The translations under genes and the position numbers were made by a program. The notes beneath the pieces were generated by a model. It worked only from the letters and a program-made list of their open reading frames with translations, made no database searches and was not told the DNA's origin. A stretch of DNA of 64,000 bases from Thermoanaerobaculia bacterium. GTDB taxonomy: Bacteria > Acidobacteriota > Thermoanaerobaculia > UBA5066. This document shows, piece after piece, positions 27,151-36,793 of this stretch (its first letter is position 1; each line of letters opens with the position of its first letter). The DNA lies in NCBI GenBank assembly GCA_038245905.1, contig JBBRRY010000010.1, positions 1 to 64,000 of the forward strand, in the 5' to 3' direction.

Positions 27151-27687
27151 CTAGCCGGCCGGTCGGCGCCTCACGGAAGCGCGCGGAGGCGTCTGCGCGC
27201 TGGGGGCCGCCGCGAAGCGCGCGCCGCGCCGGGCGGCGACGAAACCATGCGTCAAGGCTGCGGCAGCCGCGTCGGCGGCGTCGAGGGCGAGCCGGCGTCC
27301 GAGGAGCGCGGCGACCATGCGGCGCACCTGCTCCTTCTCGGCGCCTCCCGAGCCCGCCACGGCGCGCTTGATCTCCGCGGGCGTCACCTCGGCCGTCGGA
27401 ATGCCCGCCTGCGCCAGCGCGAGCAGCAGGACCCCGCGTGCCTCTCCGAGGGCGATGAGGCTCTGGGGATTCACGCCCGAAAAGACGCGTTCCACGGCCG
27501 CGGCATCGGGTCGTTCGGCGGCGATCACGCGGCCGAGAGCGGCGTGCAGAAAGGCGAGGCGCTCCGCAAAGGTCCCCTTGAGAGGAGGGCGCAGGACTCC
27601 GGCGCCGACGAGGACGGGAGTCCCCGAGAAGTCCACGACGGCCCAGCCGGCCGCGCGGCTTCCGGGATCGACCCCGAGGATCTTCAT
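27151..27687 (-). CDS. ruvC: Holliday junction resolvase RuvC
   Basis: ILGVDPG, VERVF, GEARG, IKRAV.G.G.AEKEQV, DAADA. Confidence 0.93.
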   Translation of the reverse strand: MKILGVDPGSRAAGWAVVDFSGTPVLVGAGVLRPPLKGTFAERLAFLHAALGRVIAAERPDAAAVERVFSGVNPQSLIALGEARGVLLLALAQAGIPTAEVTPAEIKRAVAGSGGAEKEQVRRMVAALLGRRLALDAADAAAAALTHGFVAARRGARFAAAPSAQTPPRASVRRRPAG

Positions 27688-27723
27688 CGGGGGGTGTGGC
27701 TCAAGCCGCGCTCACTCCCGCGA

Positions 27724-28467
27724 TCATTCTTCCGTCAGGTACTTGTCGTCGATGTCGCCATTCGACCAGACCTTCTGGACGTCGTCGTTGTCCTCGACCA
27801 TCTCGAGGAGCTTGATGAGCGCGGGAGCCTTGTCCTCCACGGCGACAGTGTTCTGCGGGACCATCTGGATCTCGGCCGTCTGGACGGCGATGTTCTTCGC
27901 CTCGATCGCGGCCTTCACGGTCTCGAAGGACATCGGGTCCGTGTAGACCTCGAAGACGTCCGAATCCTCGGTCTTGAAGTCTTCGGCGCCCGACTCGAGC
28001 GCGAGCTCCATCAGTGTGTCTTCCTTGACGGCGCTCTTCTCGATGGCGATGTAGCCCTTTTTCGAGAACTGGAAGGCAACGGCACCGGACGCAGCCATGT
28101 TGCCGCCGTACTTAGTGAGCAGGTGGCGGACCTCGGAGGCCGTCCGGTTCTTGTTGTCCGTCATGACCTCGATGAGGATCGCGGCGCCGCCGGGGCCGTA
28201 GCCCTCGTACGTGAGCTCCTCGTAGGTGACGCCCTCGAGCTCGCCGGTGCCGCGCTTGATCGCCCGGTCGATGTTGTCGGAGGGCATTGAGGCTCTCTTC
28301 GCGGCGAGGACCGCCGAGCGCAGGCGCGGGTTCGAATCGATCACGCCGCCGCCCACCTTGGCGGACATCGTGATTTCCTTGATCAGCTTCGTGAAGAGGT
28401 TGCCGCGCTTGGCGTCGGCGGCGCCCTTCTTGTGCTTGATCGTGCTCCACTTACTGTGACCGGACAT
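27724..28467 (-). CDS. yebC: YebC/PmpR family protein
   Basis: [29 protein letters not shown]. Confidence 0.97.
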   Translation of the reverse strand: MSGHSKWSTIKHKKGAADAKRGNLFTKLIKEITMSAKVGGGVIDSNPRLRSAVLAAKRASMPSDNIDRAIKRGTGELEGVTYEELTYEGYGPGGAAILIEVMTDNKNRTASEVRHLLTKYGGNMAASGAVAFQFSKKGYIAIEKSAVKEDTLMELALESGAEDFKTEDSDVFEVYTDPMSFETVKAAIEAKNIAVQTAEIQMVPQNTVAVEDKAPALIKLLEMVEDNDDVQKVWSNGDIDDKYLTEE

Positions 28468-28500
28468 GTCTCACCTCAGGCGTTTTCGGGGGCCCGCAGT

Positions 28501-29847
28501 TTAGCAGGGATGCGCCTCGAGGGGCATTCCTGCCGCGCCGGAGACGAGGCGCGTGAGAAGGCGGCGGCCGGGCACGCGGTCTTCCTCCGGCAGAGCGAGC
28601 GAGACCTCGAGGTAGTGGTCCGTCAGGCCGCGGCTTCCACGCAACGTGACGATCTCGGCCGTCGTGCCGGCTGCGCGCCTCGAGAACGCGCGCGACTTGG
28701 CTGCGCCGAGGCGCCGCAACGCGCGCGTGCGCGCGGTCAGGACGCCCGAAGCGAGGGGATTTCCCCGATGCCAGTCGGCGGCGTCGGTGCCCCCGCGCGG
28801 AGAGAACGGGAAGACGTGGAGCGACGCGAATGGTAGATCCTCGACGAAGCGGTACGTCTCGTCGAAGTCGGCGTCCGTTTCATCGGGGAATCCGGCGATC
28901 AGGTCGGTCGCGAGGTGAAGCCGTGGATTCGCACGCACCGCGCGCTCGGCGAGGGCGCGGTAACGCGCGGGCACAATGCCGCGACGCATCCGCTTGAGGA
29001 CGGAGAACGAACCCGACTGAAGGGGCAGATGGAGGTGCGGGACGACGACCCGCGACGAGGCGACGAGGTCCACGAGGTCCTCGCCGGCCTCCATGGGCTC
29101 GAGCGACGAGAGCCGGATGCGGCAGGCGGGCGGATCGGCATCCAGGCGCGCGAGGAGATCGACGAGGCGCGTCCCGCGGTCGTGGCCGAACGCGGCGAGA
29201 TGGACACCCGCCAGGACGACCTCGGGGACGCCGCCGTCTCCGAGACGGCGAATCGCGTCGACGACGTCTTCGGGGCGCGCGCTTCGCTCGGCGCCGCGCA
29301 AAGACGGGACGACACAGAATGCGCACCGGCGCGTGCAACCGTCCTGGATCTTGAGAAAGGCGCGCGTCCTCTCGGGATCGACGAGCGCCTCGAGGGGTCG
29401 CCCCGACGCGGGCATCGCGAAGAGCGCGGCGCGGGCGGTGTCCGCCGTGGTCACGATCCGTTTGGGCAGGAGGCCGGCCGCATACGCGTCGAGAATTTCG
29501 GGGAGCGCATCGCGCGCGGCCAGCGAGACGACGAGGTCGACTTCCGGCATCAGGGCCAGGGCACTCGCCGCGCGCTCGGCGAAGCACCCGGAGACGACGA
29601 GGGTCGCGCGGGGGTTCGCGCGCCGGAGGCGGCGCACGAGGCGCCGCCCGTCGCGCTCGGCGCGATCCGTCACCGCGCACCCGTGGACGAGGAGGACATC
29701 CGCGCTGCCGGGTCCTTCGAGAACCTCGCCTCCGCCCGCGCCCGCGAGCGACGCCGCGTCGATCCGGCTGACTTTGCAGCCGAGAGACGCGCTGAAGATG
29801 CGCCGGACCGCTACTCGCTCGGTCTCGTTCGTTGACACGGCGTCCAC
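28501..29847 (-). CDS. mtaB: Radical SAM methylthiotransferase, MtaB-like
   Basis: SLGCKVS, GCAVT..A, SGC, LKIQDGCTRRCAFC, HLHLPLQSGS, HVFPFSPR.GT. Confidence 0.8.
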   Translation of the reverse strand: MDAVSTNETERVAVRRIFSASLGCKVSRIDAASLAGAGGGEVLEGPGSADVLLVHGCAVTDRAERDGRRLVRRLRRANPRATLVVSGCFAERAASALALMPEVDLVVSLAARDALPEILDAYAAGLLPKRIVTTADTARAALFAMPASGRPLEALVDPERTRAFLKIQDGCTRRCAFCVVPSLRGAERSARPEDVVDAIRRLGDGGVPEVVLAGVHLAAFGHDRGTRLVDLLARLDADPPACRIRLSSLEPMEAGEDLVDLVASSRVVVPHLHLPLQSGSFSVLKRMRRGIVPARYRALAERAVRANPRLHLATDLIAGFPDETDADFDETYRFVEDLPFASLHVFPFSPRGGTDAADWHRGNPLASGVLTARTRALRRLGAAKSRAFSRRAAGTTAEIVTLRGSRGLTDHYLEVSLALPEEDRVPGRRLLTRLVSGAAGMPLEAHPC

Positions 29848-29860
29848 CCCGTCGATAATA
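29832..29860. promoter_or_regulatory. Overlapping divergent promoters for the kinase gene (+) and mtaB (-)
   Basis: Plus strand TTGACA-N16-GATAAT. Minus strand TATTAT (29855-29860) 7 nt before GTG 29847. Confidence 0.55.
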
Positions 29861-29921
29861 GATTCTTCCGGAAGGAGTTGCGCACGCGGCGGTGGCGATT
29901 CGCCCCGCCCTCAATCTCGGC

Positions 29922-32900
29922 ATGAAGTTTCTATTGATCGAATATGAGCCGCGCTATCTCGAGCGAATCCGCCAGTACCTGGCGGGTCAGTCGCAGACAG
30001 TGGAGCTCGTCATGGCGCGCGACGGCGAGGAAGGCCTCGAGCTCTACCGCAAGTCGCGTCCCGACCTCGTGCTCATTTCTTCCGTCCTTCCGAAGCTCCG
30101 CACGCCCGACGTGATCAAGGGCATGCAGGCCATGGGTCCGACGCCCCCCGTGCTCCTCATGATGTCGGGCTACAAGGGCCGGAACAAGCGCGCCGACGCG
30201 CAGCGCGTGGGTGCGACGAGCATCCTCGAGAAGCCGTTCTCCGAGGACGTCTTCCAGGCGGAGGTCGCGATGGCGCTGGGGCTCAGGCCCACGATCGAGA
30301 TGCCGTCATTTTCGGGGCCGCCATCCGATCCCGGCGCGCCGCTCCTCTCCGCCGACGACATCTTCTCGGACGTGCTGACGGGGCTCGACGAGGCGCCTCC
30401 GCCCCGTCCGGCGTCGCGCGAGATGGCGGTGCCGGTTCCGTCGGTCGAGAAGCGGCTCCACGACACGCTTTCGGGTCTCATGCCGCCGAAGAAGACGCCG
30501 AGCGGAGTGTCCGCCCCGTTTCCCGCGGCCGAGGTGCCGGGCGGGCGGCTCGACCGGCCTGTCGAGCGGACCGCACGCGTGAACGTGGCCGAGGCGATGG
30601 CGAGCCTCAGCGCGCGGCCACAGCCTGCGCCGCGCTCCTCCGAGTCCGCGGCCCGGAGCGCATCGTCCTCGTCTTCCGTTGACAGACTCCTCCACGACAC
30701 GCTTTCGGGAATCATGCCGCCCCCGAAGACGTCCGCGCCTGCGCCTCCGGCGCGCCCCCGAGAGCCGAAAGAGATCTCGCGCGAAGTCTCGGGAGAGACC
30801 GTGCGCATGAAGACGTCCCCGCTTCTTCCCCCTTCCGTCCCGCCGGCACCGCCGCCGATGCCCCGGCCCGTCGACGCGACGCGTCCGGTGCCGGCCGTGC
30901 GCCCGGCTTCGTCTCCAGGCGCGTTCGGGCGCTACCAGCTTCTTGAGAAGATCGGCGCGGGCGGCATGGCCGAGGTCTTCAAAGCGCGCATGAGCGGCGA
31001 ACAGGGCTTCGAGAAGATTGTCGCCATCAAGCGCATCGTGCCGCATATGGCGACGAATGCCGACTTCGTCACGATGTTCGTGGACGAGGCGAAGCTCGCG
31101 GCCCAGCTCAACCACAACAACATCACTCACATCTACGACCTCGGCAAGGTCGACGCGTGGCACTACATCGCCATGGAGTACGTCGAGGGTAAGGACCTGC
31201 GCACGCTCCTGAAGCTCGCGAAGGAAAGAGGCTTTCCGCTGCCCGCCGAGCTCGCCCTTTTCATCGCGTCGAAGATCGCGAACGCGCTCGACTACGCGCA
31301 CCGCCGCCCGGCGCCGGACGGCAGCGAGCTGAATCTCGTGCACCGCGACGTCTCGCCGCAGAACATCCTCATCAGCGAGGAAGGCGACATCAAGCTCTGC
31401 GACTTCGGCATCGCGAAGGCCGCGAGCAAGGTGTCGACGACGATGTCGGGGGCGCTCAAGGGAAAGCTGCAGTACATGTCGCCCGAGCAGGCCTGGGGCA
31501 AGAGGCTCGACCGGCGGAGCGACATCTTCTCCCTCGGTTCGGTGCTCTTCGAAATGCTCACAGGAGCACCTCTTTTCGAGGGTGAGACGGACATGTCCGT
31601 TCTCGAGAGCGTGCGCGAGGGCGAGGTCGCGATGCCCTCGTCCCGCGGCGCCGGGGTGCCCAAGCGCGTGGACCAGATCGTCCTCAAGGCGCTCGCGAAG
31701 AATCCGCAGGAGCGCTACCAGAACGCGTCCGAGTTCGAGAAGGACCTCCACGCGGTGCTATACACGTATCAGCCGTCGCCCGGGCCGGCGGATCTTGCGA
31801 TCTACATGCACCGGCTTCGGGAGGCGCCTCAGGCGTCCGACGACGAGATCGACGCAGCCTTCGACAAGGCCCGCGACATGCCCGGGCCGGTCGGCCCGGT
31901 CCCCGCGCCCGGGATTCCCCCGAAGAAAGGGAAGGGGCTCGTGATCGCGAAGGCGCAGACAGGCGAGTTCGCGCGGCCCTCGATTCCCGTGCCCGAGCGG
32001 CGTCCGGAGCCCGCCGCGCGTCCGGAGCCCGCCGCGCGCCGCGCGGTCGGCGAGAGCGCGGCTGGGCTGCCGGCGGCGGGCGAATCCCGGAAGAGCCGTG
32101 CGGGCCTCGTGGCCGGAATCGGAATCGCGGCTGCGGCGCTCCTGGCCGGTGGCCTCTACGTCACGAAGGATCGCTGGCTGGGCGCCAGGCCGCCCGTGAC
32201 GACCAGCGTGCCGAAGGCCGACTCCGCGGCGGGGGGCGCCGCGTCCGCGGCTTCCGCGACGTCCGAGCAGCCGCTGGCTCCGGTGGCGGTGCCGCCCGAG
32301 TCGGCGAAGGTCGTCGACCCCAAGGCGGTCGAGGCAGAGGCGCGCCGTGTTACCGCGGAGCGCGAGAAGGCGATCCGCGAGGCGGCGAAGCAGCCTGGAA
32401 CCGCTGCGAAGTCCGCGACGGCGTCCGTGACGCCCGCGGGAGTCGTCGGGCTCGCGCCCGTGAAAGTCGCGGAACCTCCGCGTCCTTCCGAGGTCCCGGT
32501 GGCGGCTCTGAAAGGCCCCGAGTCCGCCTCGGCGTCCGTTCCGGTCATCCGCGCCCCCGAACCGAAGCCCGCCGAAACCGCGGTCGAGGCGCCGAAATCC
32601 GCGGCACCCCCTCCCGTCGAGGTCTCCGTGCCCGACAAGGCGCCCGTAGTCCCCGCCGCGTCGAGAGGACCGGTGAAGGAAGGCGACCTCGTGGCTCCCG
32701 GCGAGGGCGTCGTCGAGCCTCGAATCGTGCGCCTCGGAAGCATGAGCAACCTTCCCCGTCAGGCGCGGCAGGTCAAGCGTTCTGGCGACGGATCGATCGG
32801 GACGCCGCTTCTCATCGCGCTCGTCGACGAGAGCGGCGGCATTCAGGAGGTCCGTATTCTCAAGCCGTCGAGCTACAAGTTCGTCGACGACGCCGCGGTA

Positions 32901-32993
32901 CGCTCGCTGAAGAGTGCGACAATCCAGCCGGCGACGAAGGATGGCGTGAAGGTGAAGATGTGGAAGACCTTTTCCATCACCGTGAAGCCTTGA
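29922..32993 (+). CDS. Receiver-like domain / Hanks-type Ser-Thr kinase / TM / TonB C-terminal domain fusion protein
   Basis: REC fold (DGEEGL...PDLVLISS...KPF); kinase GAGGMAEV, VAIK, HRDVSPQN, DFG, YMSPE; TM ~32100-32162; TonB_C-like VDESG.I.EVRIL...DDAAV...PATKDG.KV. Confidence 0.9.
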   Translation: MKFLLIEYEPRYLERIRQYLAGQSQTVELVMARDGEEGLELYRKSRPDLVLISSVLPKLRTPDVIKGMQAMGPTPPVLLMMSGYKGRNKRADAQRVGATSILEKPFSEDVFQAEVAMALGLRPTIEMPSFSGPPSDPGAPLLSADDIFSDVLTGLDEAPPPRPASREMAVPVPSVEKRLHDTLSGLMPPKKTPSGVSAPFPAAEVPGGRLDRPVERTARVNVAEAMASLSARPQPAPRSSESAARSASSSSSVDRLLHDTLSGIMPPPKTSAPAPPARPREPKEISREVSGETVRMKTSPLLPPSVPPAPPPMPRPVDATRPVPAVRPASSPGAFGRYQLLEKIGAGGMAEVFKARMSGEQGFEKIVAIKRIVPHMATNADFVTMFVDEAKLAAQLNHNNITHIYDLGKVDAWHYIAMEYVEGKDLRTLLKLAKERGFPLPAELALFIASKIANALDYAHRRPAPDGSELNLVHRDVSPQNILISEEGDIKLCDFGIAKAASKVSTTMSGALKGKLQYMSPEQAWGKRLDRRSDIFSLGSVLFEMLTGAPLFEGETDMSVLESVREGEVAMPSSRGAGVPKRVDQIVLKALAKNPQERYQNASEFEKDLHAVLYTYQPSPGPADLAIYMHRLREAPQASDDEIDAAFDKARDMPGPVGPVPAPGIPPKKGKGLVIAKAQTGEFARPSIPVPERRPEPAARPEPAARRAVGESAAGLPAAGESRKSRAGLVAGIGIAAAALLAGGLYVTKDRWLGARPPVTTSVPKADSAAGGAASAASATSEQPLAPVAVPPESAKVVDPKAVEAEARRVTAEREKAIREAAKQPGTAAKSATASVTPAGVVGLAPVKVAEPPRPSEVPVAALKGPESASASVPVIRAPEPKPAETAVEAPKSAAPPPVEVSVPDKAPVVPAASRGPVKEGDLVAPGEGVVEPRIVRLGSMSNLPRQARQVKRSGDGSIGTPLLIALVDESGGIQEVRILKPSSYKFVDDAAVRSLKSATIQPATKDGVKVKMWKTFSITVKP
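30441..30731 (+). repeat. Internal duplicated motif SV(E/D)xxLHDTLSG(L/I)MPP in the kinase linker
   Basis: CTCCACGACACGCTTTCGGG is identical at 30456-30475 and 30690-30709. Confidence 0.85.
32001..32036 (+). repeat. 18-bp tandem duplication encoding (RPEPAA)2
   Basis: CGTCCGGAGCCCGCCGCG occurs twice in tandem. Confidence 0.9.
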
Positions 32994-33024
32994 CCCCGAC
33001 GAGCCCGATTTTCTAGGAGAACGC

Positions 33025-33246
33025 ATGAGCCTTTCCGACGACCAGAGAAAGTTCTACGAGAACACCCTGAATGTGACGAAGGCCGAGATCGACCAGCTCG
33101 AAGGCGACATCCAGGCCGAGCTCGCGAAGGTCAAGGAACGTCTCGCGGACCTGCAGAACGCGCAGAAGGCTGCGCGTCAGATGTACGGGGCGGCGTGCCT
33201 CCGGCTGGGAATTCCGAACGACCTCGAGGAAGCCGAGGAACCCTGA
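33025..33246 (+). CDS. Small coiled-coil hypothetical protein
   Basis: AGGAG SD, typical codon usage, heptad-like helix. Confidence 0.8.
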   Translation: MSLSDDQRKFYENTLNVTKAEIDQLEGDIQAELAKVKERLADLQNAQKAARQMYGAACLRLGIPNDLEEAEEP

Positions 33247-34076
33247 GCGGACGACTCGGCCTCCTCTCCGTCGGTCTCGCTCTTCTCGCCCCTCCGGTTC
33301 CGACCCGCCTGGCGGCACAGCCCCGGCGCATCGTTGCGCTCGCTCCGTCCGCGGCCGAAATTCTGTTCGCGCTCGGCGCCGGATCGCGCGTCGTCGGCGT
33401 TCCTGATTTTGCGGCCGACCTCCCTGAGGCCGCGGGAAAGACGCGTGTCGGAGGTTTCGCCCCGGACCTCGAGCGCGTCGTGTCGCTCGCGCCCGATCTC
33501 GTCGTCGTCTCGAAGGACGGCACGGATCGCGCGGCGTTCGAGAGGCTCGAGGCTCTGGGACTTCCGGTCGTCGTGACGGCCGGCACGACGCTCGACGGCG
33601 TTCTCCTGGACGTCACCCGGGTCGGGCACGCGCTGGGTGAGGACGAGCGCGCCGCGTCCCTCGTGGCCTCCCTCACGAGGCGCATCGCCGCGGCAGAGGC
33701 GCTCGGCCGCGCGCGCCCGCGGAGCCGGGCGGTCGCTCTCATCTGGCCCGATCCTCCGGTCGTCGCCGGAGAGGGCACGTTCGTGGGGGACGTCCTCTCT
33801 CGCGCCGGGTTCTCGAACGTCGTGCCGAAATCCGCGGGCGACTGGCCCCGCGTCTCGTTCGAGACTCTCGCGTCCTGGAATCCCGACCTCGTCGTTCGTC
33901 CCGACACGCCTGAGAACGCCGGAGCCTTCGCGCGCGCGTTCGCCGACGCGCGCTGGCGCCTCGTTCCCGCGGTCAGAGAGGGCCGCATTGTCGTTATGCC
34001 AGGCGGCCTGCTCGAGCGCCCGGGCCCTCGTCTCGTCGAGGCCCTGGAGCGCCTCGCGGCGGTACGCGTGCCGTGA
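33243..34076 (+). CDS. Helical-backbone metal/cobalamin-binding protein (BtuF-like)
   Basis: RIVALAPSAAEILFALG, PDLERVVSLAPDLV, LLERPGPRL. Start uncertain (CTG 33243 overlapping the upstream stop, or 33195). Confidence 0.85.
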   Translation: MSGRLGLLSVGLALLAPPVPTRLAAQPRRIVALAPSAAEILFALGAGSRVVGVPDFAADLPEAAGKTRVGGFAPDLERVVSLAPDLVVVSKDGTDRAAFERLEALGLPVVVTAGTTLDGVLLDVTRVGHALGEDERAASLVASLTRRIAAAEALGRARPRSRAVALIWPDPPVVAGEGTFVGDVLSRAGFSNVVPKSAGDWPRVSFETLASWNPDLVVRPDTPENAGAFARAFADARWRLVPAVREGRIVVMPGGLLERPGPRLVEALERLAAVRVP

Positions 34077-35086
34077 ATCCCCGCCGCCCGGCGTGGGCGT
34101 GGGGCGTCTTGCTCCTCGCCGCGCTTCTCGCCGCGCTGCTCGCCTCCCTGCTCCTCGGGAGCGTGTCTCTCGCGCCTCACGACGTGCTCCGCGCCCTCGC
34201 GGGCCGGGGGGACGCGGGGACCGTCTCGATCGTCCGCGAGCTCCGGCTTCCGCGCGCGCTCCTGGCCGTGCTCGTGGGCGGTGCGCTGGCCCTCTCGGGC
34301 GCCGCTCTTCAGGCGCTCCTCGGAAACCCGCTTGCCGATCCGTACCTTCTCGGCGTCTCCGGCGGCGCGGCGTGCGGGACGCTCGTGGGGTCGCTTCTCG
34401 GGCTCGGCGCGTCCGCCGGAGTACGGGCAGGAATCTTCGACGCGCTCGCGTTGCCCTTCGCGGCGTTTCTCGGCGCGCTGGCGGCGGTCCTCGTCGTGGG
34501 CATCGGGGCGTCGGCGGGCGGCCGGCTGGACCGCGGCCGGCTCCTTCTCTCCGGTGTCGTCGTGAACGCGCTCGCCTCGGCGATCCTTCTCTTCCTTCTC
34601 TCCTTCGGCGACCCCTCGCGCACGCAGACGTTCGTCTTCTGGATGCTCGGCTCGCTCGCGGGCGCGACGCCGGGCGCGGTCCTCGCGTTGTCCGTCTACA
34701 CGGCCCTCTCGCTGGCCCTCCTCCTGCCGCTTTCGCGCGCCTTCGACGCGCTCACGCTCGGAGAGGAAACGGCCGCGACGCTCGGAATCCGCGTGGAGAC
34801 CGCGAAGCGAACGGCCTACGTCGCGGCGTCGCTCCTCGCCGCGGCGGCTGTCGCGTACGCCGGCATCATCGGATTCGTGGGTCTTCTCGTGCCTCACGCC
34901 GTGCGCCGCGTCACCCGCTCGCACCGTGCGCTGCTTCTCCTGTCCTTTCTCGGGGGCGCGGTTCTCCTGGTCGTCTCGGACGTGGTCGCGCGGTCGGTCT
35001 TCGCACCCGCCGAAATCTCGGTGGGCGCGATCACGGCCCTCCTCGGAGCACCGGCGTTCCTCGTCCTCCTGAGGGCCAGGCCGTGA
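34073..35086 (+). CDS. FecCD/BtuC family ABC permease
   Basis: LRLPRALLA, NPLADPYLLGVSGGA, EETAATLG, GIIGFVGLLVPH. Confidence 0.93.
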   Translation: MNPRRPAWAWGVLLLAALLAALLASLLLGSVSLAPHDVLRALAGRGDAGTVSIVRELRLPRALLAVLVGGALALSGAALQALLGNPLADPYLLGVSGGAACGTLVGSLLGLGASAGVRAGIFDALALPFAAFLGALAAVLVVGIGASAGGRLDRGRLLLSGVVVNALASAILLFLLSFGDPSRTQTFVFWMLGSLAGATPGAVLALSVYTALSLALLLPLSRAFDALTLGEETAATLGIRVETAKRTAYVAASLLAAAAVAYAGIIGFVGLLVPHAVRRVTRSHRALLLLSFLGGAVLLVVSDVVARSVFAPAEISVGAITALLGAPAFLVLLRARP

Positions 35087-35868
35087 CGTTCCCGCTCGCC
35101 GCCGAGGCTCTCGCCGCGGGATACGGAGCGCGCGACGTCATCGCCGAGATCTCGCACGCGTTTCCGGCGGGCCGCGTCACGGCGCTTCTCGGCGAGAACG
35201 GGGCCGGAAAATCCACTCTCCTGAAGGCGCTCGCGGGAATCGTGCCGGCGCGCCGCGGCACGGTGCGGCTCGGCGGGCGCCCTCTCACGGGCGTCCCGCG
35301 TCGCGAGGCCGCGCGCACGCTCGGTTATCTCCCACAGGGCTTCGAGCCGCTTTTTCCCATTCTCGCCCGCGATCTCGTCCTCCTGGGCCGCACGCCGTGG
35401 CGCACGGCATTCGGCGCGCCCTCCGCGCGCGACCGCGCGGCCGTCGACGCGGCGCTCTCGGAGATGGACGCCGTCCGGCTCGGGGAAATCGACCTCGGCG
35501 CGATGAGCGGCGGCGAGAGGCAGCGCATCCTCCTGGCGCGCGTCCTGGCCGGCGAGCCCGAGGTCCTCCTTCTCGATGAGCCGGCCGCGAACCTGGATCC
35601 GCGCCACCGGTTCCTCGTCATCGACGCGATGCGGCGCCGCGCGGAGGCGGGCGGGGCCGTCGTCTTCTCCACGCACGAGCTGGACGTCGCGTCTCAGGGC
35701 GCGGACGACGCAGTGCTCCTGTCGGGCGGGCGTGTGCTCGCCGCGGGGGCGATCGTGGACACGCTCACCGGGCCCCTCCTGTCGGCGCTCTTCGGAGTCT
35801 CGGCATGCGTGACGCCAGACGCCGGCGGCCGGCCGCTCGTTTCCATCGGGCCGGCGCGGGCGCGCTAA
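35083..35868 (+). CDS. ABC ATP-binding protein (FecE/BtuD-like)
   Basis: GENGAGKST, MSGGERQR, LLLDEP; GTGA coupling. Confidence 0.92.
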   Translation: MTFPLAAEALAAGYGARDVIAEISHAFPAGRVTALLGENGAGKSTLLKALAGIVPARRGTVRLGGRPLTGVPRREAARTLGYLPQGFEPLFPILARDLVLLGRTPWRTAFGAPSARDRAAVDAALSEMDAVRLGEIDLGAMSGGERQRILLARVLAGEPEVLLLDEPAANLDPRHRFLVIDAMRRRAEAGGAVVFSTHELDVASQGADDAVLLSGGRVLAAGAIVDTLTGPLLSALFGVSACVTPDAGGRPLVSIGPARAR

Positions 35869-35885
35869 GATCCCCGGTTCACGCC

Positions 35886-36734
35886 ATGTGGTTCCGAAAG
35901 GACAAAGCCCCCCGGGTCCCACGGGATCCGAAGACGACGTCCTCGCTGGGCGAGGGTCTCTTTCTGAAGTGCGACGGGTGCAAGGAGGCGCTCTACGTCA
36001 AGGAAGTGGAGCGCAACCTGCGCGTGTGTCCGAAGTGCGGATTCCACTTCCGCCTCCCGGCGGTCGAGCGCCTCAGGCTGCTCCTCGGGGACGGGGGCGG
36101 GCAGCCGCTCTTCACCGAGGTCCGGCCGACTGATCCCCTGAAGTTCAAAGACAGCAAGCGCTACCGCGATCGGCTCAAGGACTCGGAGGCGAAGACCGGC
36201 CGGCCGGACGCCATCCTGGCGGCGAAGGGCCTGATCGACGACGTCCCGGCGATCGTCGCGATCCTCGACTACGCCTTCATGGGGGGCTCGATGGGCTCCG
36301 TCGTGGGCGAGGTCCTGACCCGCGCCGCCGAGATGGCGCTCGTCGAGCGGACGCCGCTCGTCATCGTCTCGGCCTCGGGCGGCGCGCGCATGCAGGAGGG
36401 AATTCTCTCCCTGATGCAGATGGGCAAGGTCTCGGCCGCGCTCGCGCGCCTCGGCGCCGCGCGCGTGCCGCACGTCGCGATCCTCACCGACCCGACCACG
36501 GGCGGCGTGACCGCCTCCTTCGCCATGCTCGGCGACGTGACGCTGGCCGAACCAAGGGCGCTGATCGGCTTCGCGGGTCCGCGCGTCATCGAGCAGACGA
36601 TCCGCCAGACGCTTCCCGAGGGCTTCCAGCGGGCCGAGTTCCTGCAGGAGCACGGCTTCGTGGATCTCGTCGTGCCGCGCGCCGAAATGCGCGCGACGGT
36701 CGCCCGGATCCTGCGGCTGCTCCACGCCAGTTGA
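35886..36734 (+). CDS. accD: Acetyl-CoA carboxylase carboxyltransferase beta subunit
   Basis: CxxC...CxxC zinc ribbon, FMGGSMG, SGGARMQEG, PTTGGVTASFA, GFQRAEFL. Confidence 0.97.
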   Translation: MWFRKDKAPRVPRDPKTTSSLGEGLFLKCDGCKEALYVKEVERNLRVCPKCGFHFRLPAVERLRLLLGDGGGQPLFTEVRPTDPLKFKDSKRYRDRLKDSEAKTGRPDAILAAKGLIDDVPAIVAILDYAFMGGSMGSVVGEVLTRAAEMALVERTPLVIVSASGGARMQEGILSLMQMGKVSAALARLGAARVPHVAILTDPTTGGVTASFAMLGDVTLAEPRALIGFAGPRVIEQTIRQTLPEGFQRAEFLQEHGFVDLVVPRAEMRATVARILRLLHAS

Positions 36735-36793
36735 TGGTGTGGCTCGATTGACGCAGTTTTCGGATTTTCTTAGAAGGTGAAGAGGGAGCTCGC

